Assembly (NCBI GenBank): GCA_002789955.1
Contig: PFUG01000609.1
Location: 3,635 to 67,634, forward strand
Reading direction: 5' to 3'
Source of the DNA: Deltaproteobacteria bacterium CG_4_9_14_3_um_filter_63_12
Lineage (GTDB): Bacteria; Myxococcota_A; Bradymonadia; UBA4248; UM-FILTER-63-12
DNA length: 64,000 nt
Under the pieces are notes generated by a model, which did not search any database, was not told the DNA's origin, and saw nothing but the letters and a program-made list of their open reading frames with translations. Positions 37,614 through 45,834 of this stretch are shown here, in pieces. Each line of letters begins with the position of its first letter. The stretch's first letter is position 1. Both the position numbers and the translations under genes were made by a program.

Positions 37614-37961
37614 CTAGGCTTTGACCATTTCGACCAGCCGACCAAACCCTTCCGGATCGTGCACGGCGATGTCAGCGAGAACCTTGCGGTCCAACTCGAC
37701 TTTCTTCTCGTCGAGAAGGTGGATCAGCCTGCTGTAGTTGACACCGTGAAGGCGCGCAGCGGCATTGATGCGAGCGATCCAGAGGCGTCGGAACTGTCGT
37801 TTTCGTTGTCGCCGATCGCGATAGGCATAGACGAGGGCCCGCAGGATGGTCTCCTTCGCCTTGCGGAACATAGTCCCGCGGCCATGCTTGAAGCCCTTTG
37901 CCAACTTCAACCACTTGTTGCGTCGTCGGCGAGCCTTAAACCCTCTTCTTACTCTTGGCAT
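37614..37961 (-). CDS. rplT: 50S ribosomal protein L20
   Basis: The sequence MPRVRRGFKARRRRNKWLKLAKGF...RQRKRQFRRLWIARINAAAR is the L20 signature. Confidence 0.95.
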   Translation of the reverse strand: MPRVRRGFKARRRRNKWLKLAKGFKHGRGTMFRKAKETILRALVYAYRDRRQRKRQFRRLWIARINAAARLHGVNYSRLIHLLDEKKVELDRKVLADIAVHDPEGFGRLVEMVKA

Positions 37962-38065
37962 GACTGTCTCTCAGTGCGCTCGAGGCGCGGCAAGATCGGG
38001 GGGCCTGAGCCACTTTCTCCCGTCAAGACCCAACGGCCAGTATGGCCACTTTACCGGCGCTTACC

Positions 38066-38263
38066 TCAGAGGTAAGGCAGGCACCCTTTGAGAATCTTCA
38101 TATCCGACCGGCTGACGTCGGCCGACTTCCGGAGACGGCGCTTTCGCTTCGTCGTCTTGTTGGTGAGGATGTGGCTGTGATACGCCCTATGTCGGCGGAT
38201 TTTTCCCGTCCCGCTCTTCGTAAACCGCTTTGCGGCCCCTCTCTTAGTCTTCATCTTTGGCAT
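38066..38263 (-). CDS. rpmI: 50S ribosomal protein L35
   Basis: The sequence [33 protein letters not shown] is the L35 signature. The start was taken at the internal MPKMK (38263) rather than the longest ORF. Confidence 0.9.
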   Translation of the reverse strand: MPKMKTKRGAAKRFTKSGTGKIRRHRAYHSHILTNKTTKRKRRLRKSADVSRSDMKILKGCLPYL

Positions 38264-38377
38264 CTTCATCTCCTGTCCAGAGGATGGCCGTCTCAGACCT
38301 CCTCGAAAGGATGGCCCCACGCCTGCAATGCAGAGTGGGGCCATTTCTCTTGCAACCGATTCGTATCGGCCTCTAGA

Positions 38378-38449
<72 letters not shown>

Positions 38450-38635
38450 ACAGGGCAACTGCTCGGCCTGAGCTTCGTTTCTGAAGCCCGCGCGAGCAGG
38501 CGGTAATGTAGCGCTCAATTCCCTGCCGGTCAACAGAATATTGACAAAACATGAGCCCAACGGCAGCATCGCCCGTTGCTGTCCGCCCACGAACCCTGAC
38601 GCACGCTTTCAACGAGTCAGTGTGGAGTTGAAACG

Positions 38636-39067
38636 ATGCGAAAGATGATCCTCAAAGAGCTCAGGCATTTGCTTGGCGCCAGCAAATTGGGGCCCCTGGC
38701 GAAGGTTCAAGCGGTTTGGCCTGTGCTTGTGCAGTCACCACTCAGTCGCTATTCGATGCCGCTCGGGTTCGAAGGTAGACGGCTCATTATTGCGGTAGCA
38801 AACCCTGCGGTGGCACAAGAACTCATGGCTTTTGAGTCACACCTCGTTGGATCCTTCGCCGAGCTCGACGGTGTGGTCATTCACTCGATTTCGACACGCA
38901 TCGAAGCCGGTCGGTTCCCGCCGGCAGAGGGCCACCGATTCAAAGCCCCCGTGCCTAACGCACAGGTGACCGAAGCGATCGGTGAGGCCTTGGACCACGT
39001 GCCAGATGCGGAACTTCGAGGTCAGCTTCAGAGACTTAGCCGCCGACGCCCTGCGGATGGGGGTTAA
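38636..39067 (+). CDS. DUF721 (DciA-like) domain protein
   Basis: The pattern LGPLAKVQAVWPVLV...GFEGRRLIIAVANPAVAQELMAFESHLV resembles the conserved core of DUF721/DciA. The assignment is by pattern only. Confidence 0.45.
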   Translation: MRKMILKELRHLLGASKLGPLAKVQAVWPVLVQSPLSRYSMPLGFEGRRLIIAVANPAVAQELMAFESHLVGSFAELDGVVIHSISTRIEAGRFPPAEGHRFKAPVPNAQVTEAIGEALDHVPDAELRGQLQRLSRRRPADGG

Positions 39068-39225
39068 GACGAGGTTAGCTGGAACCATTCAATCCACCGC
39101 TGCCTCCAAAGCCTTTGCACCCAGACGCGCATTTCACTAAAGATGGGTCTTCTCGCTGGGCTGTGCTCAACCCACTCGATGCTCAATTGCTGAACCGATG
39201 CTCACTCGCCGTACACGAGGGTCTC

Positions 39226-40653
39226 ATGAGAACACTTCTTCGAGCCCAGATTCTGGTCATCCTCTTGGTCGCCGCTCTCGGCGGCTGCTCCGATGACATC
39301 CAACAACGTCAAACGGACGTCGCGCCGGACACCCAGACTGGCGATGTGACCCAGCAGGACGTGTCAGAAGACACGACCGAAGATACCATCACCACTCAAG
39401 GGCTGGCGCCTGGGAGCTACTCCGCCTGCAACTCGACCTCGGACTGCTCGGTTGGAGAGTGCATATCGAACGTCTGCGTCGGAGATCCGACGGCAACGAG
39501 TTACATTGCGGTCGAGGCCAACTCCGGCGTCGTCGAGTTTCCTGACATCGACCCCGAGTTGGGATGCTACGCTGTGGCTGGAGCTTTCGACCCCAACGAC
39601 GGGGTGACGCCGGCTCCGCAAGACCAACTGGTCACTGTGTGGGGGGATATCGAGCGCTTCGGACCTGGACCGTCGACCTTTGATGTCTGCGTAACGTTCT
39701 ACGACCACGAAAGGCTCCTGGAGTTCTTTGACAACTCTCCATGCAACAAATTGGGCGTGACCCAGGAGCGTGTTGACTGTTTCCGATCCGATCCTTGCCG
39801 TTGCGACGCGATGACAGGTACGGAGCAAACCACTTGCTATAAGACGATTGGTTTGTGCGACAAGCTCACTGGTCCCGACAAGACCGCGTGCGAAGCGTCG
39901 CTCCCTGATGGCAAGCCGCTCATCTACGGCTATGGGTTGTCTGGTTGCGAAGATGGCCAAGGAAACCCGATGGGGTGCCGAGATGCGGGTGTGCAGCACC
40001 TCTTCCGAATCGCGGGCATTCCTGTGAACCGAGATCTGGTCGTCAAGGCCAGCGGACTGGAGCTGCGTTGGGTCGACACTTTCGAATATGGCGCGCTTCT
40101 CCCATGGAATAAGGTATCGCACGGCACCGCCGACCCCATCACTGGCGACACGGACACCTTCAAGTTCCAGGCGAACGTGATCGCTGTTGGCGCTTGGGAC
40201 AGCATCCCAATTACGGCCGGGTTGCCTTACCCGATTGACCGGCTCGATCGCGGTGCGGTGGCCGGGCGGCTCCAAGATTGCGGACTCGAAGGTCGGAGTG
40301 CTGCAGACCCAACGATCCCCGCGCTGGACGCCTCGCAGCCCATGGTTCACTCGACGGTCGGTTTCGCAGTGCCTCCAACCAAACTGGCGTATTTCAACGG
40401 CAACCCCAACGATTCGCTTCCGGATCCGGGACGCATCGACGCAAACCTCCTCGGCATCTACGCCGCCCTCAACATCCCTTGGGGGAAGAACCGACTCGCC
40501 GTTAGAGTCGAACTCGACCAAGATCAAGCTGGTGCGGATTGCGTTTCGGACGGTGGTCATTTCCTTTGTAATGGGCCTTCCCGAAACTTCTTCACAATCC
40601 CGCACTCGGTCACCATCATCACGTTCGATGGTCTCTACAAGGAAGCGAATTGA
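39226..40653 (+). CDS. Cys-rich lipoprotein, function unknown
   Basis: Lipobox LVAALGGC|S after a hydrophobic h-region. It has many paired Cys (CNSTSDCSVGECISNVC...), consistent with a secreted disulfide-rich protein. The start was chosen at the M at 39226. Confidence 0.5.
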   Translation: MRTLLRAQILVILLVAALGGCSDDIQQRQTDVAPDTQTGDVTQQDVSEDTTEDTITTQGLAPGSYSACNSTSDCSVGECISNVCVGDPTATSYIAVEANSGVVEFPDIDPELGCYAVAGAFDPNDGVTPAPQDQLVTVWGDIERFGPGPSTFDVCVTFYDHERLLEFFDNSPCNKLGVTQERVDCFRSDPCRCDAMTGTEQTTCYKTIGLCDKLTGPDKTACEASLPDGKPLIYGYGLSGCEDGQGNPMGCRDAGVQHLFRIAGIPVNRDLVVKASGLELRWVDTFEYGALLPWNKVSHGTADPITGDTDTFKFQANVIAVGAWDSIPITAGLPYPIDRLDRGAVAGRLQDCGLEGRSAADPTIPALDASQPMVHSTVGFAVPPTKLAYFNGNPNDSLPDPGRIDANLLGIYAALNIPWGKNRLAVRVELDQDQAGADCVSDGGHFLCNGPSRNFFTIPHSVTIITFDGLYKEAN

Positions 40654-40870
40654 TCAAGTAGCCTCCGCTTCGAGTCGAGAGCTGGTCTCGGGCAGCGGGT
40701 GTGAGATATAGAGCGCACAACGGTTGAGCACGTTCGTGTCGCGCCTGGCGGTGCCCGACCCAATGCAGCCACTGGAAAGTGCAGCGATTACCATGACACC
40801 AAAGGGCGTAAACTCGAGCCCCACCACCAAGGTCGACAGTTTGTCAGAATCTGCAGAGCCAAATGAAGAC

Positions 40871-42670
40871 ATGGGTACATTCGATCAGTTCGGTTTGAGC
40901 GAACTGATGCTGGACTCGCTACAACGCGTAAACTACCGCACGCCTACGCCTGTCCAAGTCGCATGCATTCCCTTGGTCTTTGCGGGTCTCGACGTCATCG
41001 TGCAGGCTCAAACTGGCACGGGCAAGACTGCGGCGTTCGCGATTCCAATCATCGAGATCCTTCAAACCCCTCATGCTGTCGAGTGCTTGGTATTGGCCCC
41101 CACGCGTGAACTCGCGAGGCAGGTGACGTCGGAATTCGATGCGCTGTCGACGAACAGGAAGCTCGGCGCAACAGCGATCTATGGAGGCACGAGCTATGGG
41201 CCGCAGCTAAAGGCTCTACAAAACGCCCACATTGTCGTTGCTACCCCGGGCCGATTGCTGGACCACTTGAGGAGCGGAAACATCGACCTCTCCACCTTGA
41301 AGTTCTTTGTCCTCGACGAGGCTGACGAGATGCTCTCGATGGGCTTCGAAAAAGAGCTCAACGCCATCCTCGAGTTCCTGCCAGCCGAAAAACAGTGTCT
41401 GCTCTTCAGCGCGACCATCACTGAAGAGATCAAGGCGCTGTCCTCACACTTTTCCTCGAATCCCGAGTACGTTTCGCTCTCGGGAGACTCCATTGCCGCA
41501 CAGAGCGTTGAGCATTTCTATTTCGTGACCGAGGGGACGAATCTCTTGAGGGACCTGGTGACCCTAATCGAGATGTACGCCCCACAGAGTGCGCTGATCT
41601 TCTGCAATACCCGAAGCGACACCCAGCTCGTGTACTCCCACCTCCATAGAAGGGGTTATGGGGTGGATGTCATCAGCGGAGATCTCACCCAGTCCGACCG
41701 AGAGAAGGCCCTCTCTGCCGTCAAGACGGGAAAGGTCCGGTTTCTCGTGGCGACGGATGTCGCTGCACGAGGCATCGACATCTCAGGGCTGCCATTCGTC
41801 ATCAATTACATGATGGCGGAGAGCGCAGAGACCTACATTCACCGAACCGGGAGGACAGGGCGCGCGGGCCAGCAGGGAATCGCCCTCTCCTTGATGCTGC
41901 CTCAGCAGATCGGGACATTCTACCAGCTGAGAAAGGTGCACAAGGTCATCCTCAAAGAGCTGTCGATGCCAACACGGGAAGAGCTTCATGCCATGCGAGA
42001 GGCTCGCCATTTGAGCGGCATTGTGGCTGACCTAGAGACATTTGGTGCGTGTTCGGCGTTCAGCGGTATTGCTGCAAGCCTGCTGGAGCGCGAGGATGCT
42101 CAAGCTGTGGTCTGCAAACTAATTGGCTTCTACACGCGGGAGAAGCAGGCTGAAGAGCATAGAGGCAAGGTTCCCCCACCGCCCCCCGACCGGCTCTCAA
42201 CCCCTCCTGCCGCGGTGGCAATGGCTGCACCGGTCGAGAGCATCGGCGAGAGAAGGGTTGGGGCGATAGAGAGCGTCGATTCACGCGAATACGAAGAGTC
42301 AGACCGATATCCAGACGTCGACGAATACGCCACTTCGGGTAACGGTCACCGCGACGACCACGACGACACCGATGTCCAAGATGACGACCTCCAAGACTCC
42401 GACGAGCCTGAAGGGATGGACTCGCGCTCCGAGGCTGAGGACTGGGGTTCGGTGCGTGTGAATCTTGGCAGCAAAGATCTGGATATCGCGGCGCTTAGAG
42501 ATTTGGTCTGCAACGTTGTCGGTCTTTTCGAAGAGGACTTGGGACAGATCGAGTTCGGCGACATCAAGTCGACGATTGCCGTGCGTAGCGACTATCTCGA
42601 AGACGTGACCGTCGCGCTCAGTGGGTTGACGTATCAAGGCAGGAGAATCCGTGCGTCGGTCGAAGGCTGA
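40871..42670 (+). CDS. DEAD-box ATP-dependent RNA helicase with an acidic linker and DbpA-type C-terminal RNA-binding domain
   Basis: Q motif (F..F...TPTPVQ), AQTGTGKT, PTRELA, DEAD, SAT and HRTGRTGRAG. The C-terminus carries an Asp/Glu-rich stretch, then VRVNLGSKDLDIAALRDLV...IEFGDIKSTIAV, which is DbpA-RBD-like. Confidence 0.9.
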   Translation: MGTFDQFGLSELMLDSLQRVNYRTPTPVQVACIPLVFAGLDVIVQAQTGTGKTAAFAIPIIEILQTPHAVECLVLAPTRELARQVTSEFDALSTNRKLGATAIYGGTSYGPQLKALQNAHIVVATPGRLLDHLRSGNIDLSTLKFFVLDEADEMLSMGFEKELNAILEFLPAEKQCLLFSATITEEIKALSSHFSSNPEYVSLSGDSIAAQSVEHFYFVTEGTNLLRDLVTLIEMYAPQSALIFCNTRSDTQLVYSHLHRRGYGVDVISGDLTQSDREKALSAVKTGKVRFLVATDVAARGIDISGLPFVINYMMAESAETYIHRTGRTGRAGQQGIALSLMLPQQIGTFYQLRKVHKVILKELSMPTREELHAMREARHLSGIVADLETFGACSAFSGIAASLLEREDAQAVVCKLIGFYTREKQAEEHRGKVPPPPPDRLSTPPAAVAMAAPVESIGERRVGAIESVDSREYEESDRYPDVDEYATSGNGHRDDHDDTDVQDDDLQDSDEPEGMDSRSEAEDWGSVRVNLGSKDLDIAALRDLVCNVVGLFEEDLGQIEFGDIKSTIAVRSDYLEDVTVALSGLTYQGRRIRASVEG

Positions 42671-42790
42671 CAGGCAGTTTGGATCCGCTGTCTTCGGTCC
42701 ACTCGCAGCATCCGCTGTGCGGCGTTATGATGCTGCTCGCTTTCCCCTCTCGATACCGTTCTTGAGGCCCTTCCGAACAGGAGCGCCAAG

Positions 42791-43426
42791 ATGCTTCGTC
42801 TGGTCACTCAATGTCTCTCGTACATTCTCCTCGGCGCACTCCTCGTTTCGTGCGGCGGAGAGAATGAAGCCCCCAAGAAGCACGAAAAAGCCGAGGCCAA
42901 AGTCCCGGTCGATCTTCCAGCAAAGCCAAACTTGGACTCCATTTTAGGGGCGCCCCGAACTCTTCCGGACGGCAGCATGACCGTCACGGGATTGATTCTC
43001 GACAAGAACCAACACTTCGGTCAGCGACTCAAGGTGCGCGGCGTCGTGCGAGATATCTCTCCTGACTGCCCCTTCCTCACCGATCCGGCTGAGAAGGACA
43101 ATCGGCCAAAACTGGGTGGCTACAAGCGCATGTGCAAATCGGTGTACATCACGATCGCCGACAATCCAGTCCATCCCAAAGAGTTGCTGCTGGTCGAATA
43201 CAACCCCTACTTTCATCCACATCTGAAACCCGGCGACGAGATCATTGCGTACGGTCTCTACGACATCAAAGGAGCTGGCTTCGTGCGTCCCAAAGATGGC
43301 CTGCTTGTCGTCGAAGACGTGCTCAATCTCGCCGTCGACGCTGAGGGGACGTTCTACAACACTCCCGAAGAGGTCGCGCGGGTGCGAGCAGAGCAAGCGG
43401 CGGCGGCAGCAGAGCAACCCCAATAA
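42791..43426 (+). CDS. lipoprotein, function unknown
   Basis: Lipobox LLVSC|GG. RBS AGGAG before the ATG. No recognisable domain. Confidence 0.5.
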   Translation: MLRLVTQCLSYILLGALLVSCGGENEAPKKHEKAEAKVPVDLPAKPNLDSILGAPRTLPDGSMTVTGLILDKNQHFGQRLKVRGVVRDISPDCPFLTDPAEKDNRPKLGGYKRMCKSVYITIADNPVHPKELLLVEYNPYFHPHLKPGDEIIAYGLYDIKGAGFVRPKDGLLVVEDVLNLAVDAEGTFYNTPEEVARVRAEQAAAAAEQPQ

Positions 43427-43459
43427 GGGTCCTCATCCGCACATCTCGGCCCCCACAAA

Positions 43460-43500
43460 CAACGCTCGATTTATGTCCGTAACGGGCACAAATCGAGCGT
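43460..43500 (+). terminator. hairpin with perfect 12-bp stem (AACGCTCGATTT / AAATCGAGCGTT) and 17-nt loop, followed by GAATTTT
   Basis: Read directly. It lies 34 bp downstream of the lipoprotein stop. Candidate terminator, or the 5' structure of an sRNA. Confidence 0.4.
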
Positions 43501-43775
43501 TGAATTTTCGTGGACACGGAGACCGTGGCCTGCTTCATCAATCGGACTCAGTACTTTGGTTCGTAAGTCCGCACACGTATTCTACGCGGCGATGGGAAGA
43601 GCTGGTTGTTGGGTGCGTTTGCGGTCGAGCCGGGCCACCCGGCGGGGGCTTTCCGGGTGGGGCCTCGTCATGCTATCGCATGCGCCGACAGTAGACATGT
43701 ACTCGGGACCGTGGACATGGCGCATCTGCCGCCGACCATGAACAACCCTCCGGGGTTGCCCACAGCCGACTTGGA

Positions 43776-43851
43776 CAACCCTTCGGGTTGCACCCAACGT
43801 AAAGCGTTGGGTGCCCAACGTGAAGCGTTGCGTGGCCGACGTGAAGCGTTG
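43776..43851. repeat. array of four CAAC-N7-GTTG palindromic units at 19-21 bp spacing
   Basis: CAACCCTTCGGGTTG (43776), CAACGTAAAGCGTTG (43795), CAACGTGAAGCGTTG (43816) and CGACGTGAAGCGTTG (43837). Each is an inverted repeat with 5-6 bp arms. Confidence 0.8.
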
Positions 43852-43906
43852 GGTGAACGGCACGGGATCGCGCTCCCCCCGCCGTCGAACCGCGGCGGTC
43901 CGCTCG

Positions 43907-43917
43907 CCCCCCCCCCC
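43907..43917. repeat. homopolymeric C11 tract in an intergenic region
   Basis: ctcg-ccccccccccc-gac read directly. A second C6-7 run lies at 43874-43880. Confidence 0.8.
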
Positions 43918-44173
43918 GACGCCAAACCGCATCCGACCCCCCGACCGGCCGCAGCAGCTCGGTCATCCTTTCGTCTCTCGTCCGCCAGCACCTGTGAGAG
44001 TACACCTGACTCACGTTCTGCCAAGTGCCAGCGGCGTCTGGCTGAACAGCCCACCCTTCCCCCCGCCTCACCCAGCAACAATCAGTCGACTCTCGCCCAC
44101 ACCTCCAATACAGTGCGGCCTCTTTCCACTGAAACGACTTCGGTCCCCTTGCTCCCAAGCTCAGGTCTCACCC

Positions 44174-44812
44174 ATGAACCGACACCCCGAAATCGCCTTG
44201 CTCTGCTTCGCTCTCCTCCTTGTCGCCGCCTGCGGCGAAGACCCCGAAGAGTGCCCTTCGGGCGGCGAGACCATCAAGATCTCGGCGCCCAGCTTCAAGG
44301 AAGGTTTTGAGTTCGAGATCGACCGCTATGAGGCCTCCCGCTTCGATGCAAACGCGGCGAGCGAGGGGTCGGGGCGCGAGATCGCCTGCTCGATGGGCGG
44401 CGTGCAGCCCTGGCGGACGGTCAGCTTCAAGCAGGCCTCGTCGGCCTGCAAGGCCGCGGGCAAGCGCCTCTGCACGCGCTCGGAGTGGATCGCGGCCTGT
44501 GGCTCCATGGGCCTCGAGAACCATTTTCCCTACGGCCGCAACTACGACCGTACGGCCTGCAAGACCGAGTCGGTGGAGCCCGGGGTGACCGGGGCCACGC
44601 CGACCTGCGCGACGCAGGTCAACGACATCATGGACATGAGCGGCAACCTGCGCGAGTGGGTCGTCGGCACCGGCACCGAGATGCCCGGCCTGGCCGGCGG
44701 CGGCTTCTCCGACCCCGAGCTCAACGCCAGCTGCACCAACGTCATCTCGCCCTCCGGCGGCACCGACGCCTACAATCCAGGCAAGGGCGACGGGTTCCGC
44801 TGCTGCAAGTAG
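44174..44812 (+). CDS. short formylglycine-generating-enzyme (FGE/SUMF1)-family lipoprotein
   Basis: Lipobox LLVAAC|G. SGNLREWVVG (compare the GNVWEW motif of the FGE-sulfatase domain) and the C-terminal GFRCCK (compare the GFRC ending). The start is the internal M; the upstream part of the 333-aa ORF is low-complexity and Pro-rich. Confidence 0.5.
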   Translation: MNRHPEIALLCFALLLVAACGEDPEECPSGGETIKISAPSFKEGFEFEIDRYEASRFDANAASEGSGREIACSMGGVQPWRTVSFKQASSACKAAGKRLCTRSEWIAACGSMGLENHFPYGRNYDRTACKTESVEPGVTGATPTCATQVNDIMDMSGNLREWVVGTGTEMPGLAGGGFSDPELNASCTNVISPSGGTDAYNPGKGDGFRCCK

Positions 44813-45050
44813 GCTGCATCTCACGCCGCCCGCGCACGCCCCCCGCGCACGCCCCCGCGCACACCCCACGCACCCCACGCACGAACAGGTCTTGCGTACC
44901 CCTGATCGCACCTCTATCATGAAGGAACTTCCACAGCCTGAAGCGCCCCCCTCCGTCCCACGCTCCGCGGCAGCGCGGGCTGCAAGAGATCGTGCCGTGT
45001 CTCTGACTGTCCGCGTCTGGCTCGACAGTCGAACTCCGTATAGAGGAGCA

Positions 45051-45587
45051 ATGAACACCTTGATCCAACTCGAAATCGGAGTCTTGCTCATCGACACCGC
45101 GACGCAGCAACCCGTCGTCATGCTCAAGGACCTCAATGAGGAGCGGGCGCTCCCCATTGTAATTGGCCTCTCCGAGGCCGGGGCCATCGCCAGCGAGATG
45201 GAGCGACTGCAGTTCCCGCGGCCCATGACCCACGACCTGCTCAAGAACCTCCTCGACACCTTCCAGGCTACCCTCGAAAAGATCGTCGTCTGCGACCTGC
45301 GCGAGAACACTTTCTACGCCCAGCTGCACATCACCAAAGACGGCGAAGAGCTCCTCGTCGACGCGCGCCCATCGGACGCCATCGCCCTAGCCCTACGTGC
45401 AGGGGCCGCCATCTACGCTTGCGAATCCGTCATCGACAAAGCCGCCGTCTCAACCAGCAAGCTGCAGGTGGAGGAGCCACCAGAGCCCGAAGAGCTGCAC
45501 GTCCCCGAGGCCTCCGACGACGCCGAGCTCATCAAAGAGTTCCTCGAGGGACTGCGAGAGGGCGACTTTGGAAAATACAAGATGTAG
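45051..45587 (+). CDS. bifunctional nuclease (BFN/DUF151) domain protein
   Basis: VMLKDLNEERALPIVIGLSEAGAI...HDLL is the DUF151 pattern. A strong GAGGAG RBS sits 2 nt before the ATG at 45051. The C-terminus is an acidic tail. Confidence 0.6.
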   Translation: MNTLIQLEIGVLLIDTATQQPVVMLKDLNEERALPIVIGLSEAGAIASEMERLQFPRPMTHDLLKNLLDTFQATLEKIVVCDLRENTFYAQLHITKDGEELLVDARPSDAIALALRAGAAIYACESVIDKAAVSTSKLQVEEPPEPEELHVPEASDDAELIKEFLEGLREGDFGKYKM

Positions 45588-45834
45588 GTCGGGCGGGCTG
45601 CGGCTGGGTCGGCTTCAATTTTAACGCAAGGGCGCTAAGGGGGCAGAGACGCAAGGGTTTTCGCCTTGGTTCCGCTTCGGCCGTCGGCTCGTGAGTTGCG
45701 TCCGACCCAAGAGCCCAACCCCAGCCAGCCCCCAAGAGCCAACGACGAATTCCAGCAAGCCCAAGCTCCTTGCGCCTCGGCCGCCCTTTGCGCCCCTGCG
45801 ATAAAATGGAGCCCCACCCGACAACAAACCCCAT

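Noticed and set aside
43776-43851. Possible CRISPR-like repeat-spacer structure
   Set aside because: The units are 15-bp palindromes at 19-21 bp spacing with only 4-6 bp between them, not repeat-spacer organisation. No cas genes are present.
43606-44310. 234-aa ORF (+) spanning the long intergenic region, and the minus-strand ORFs with TQRFT repeats
   Set aside because: Low-complexity Pro/Arg/Ala-rich translations with no start context; these are typical high-GC shadow ORFs. The real gene starts at 44174 with a lipoprotein signal.
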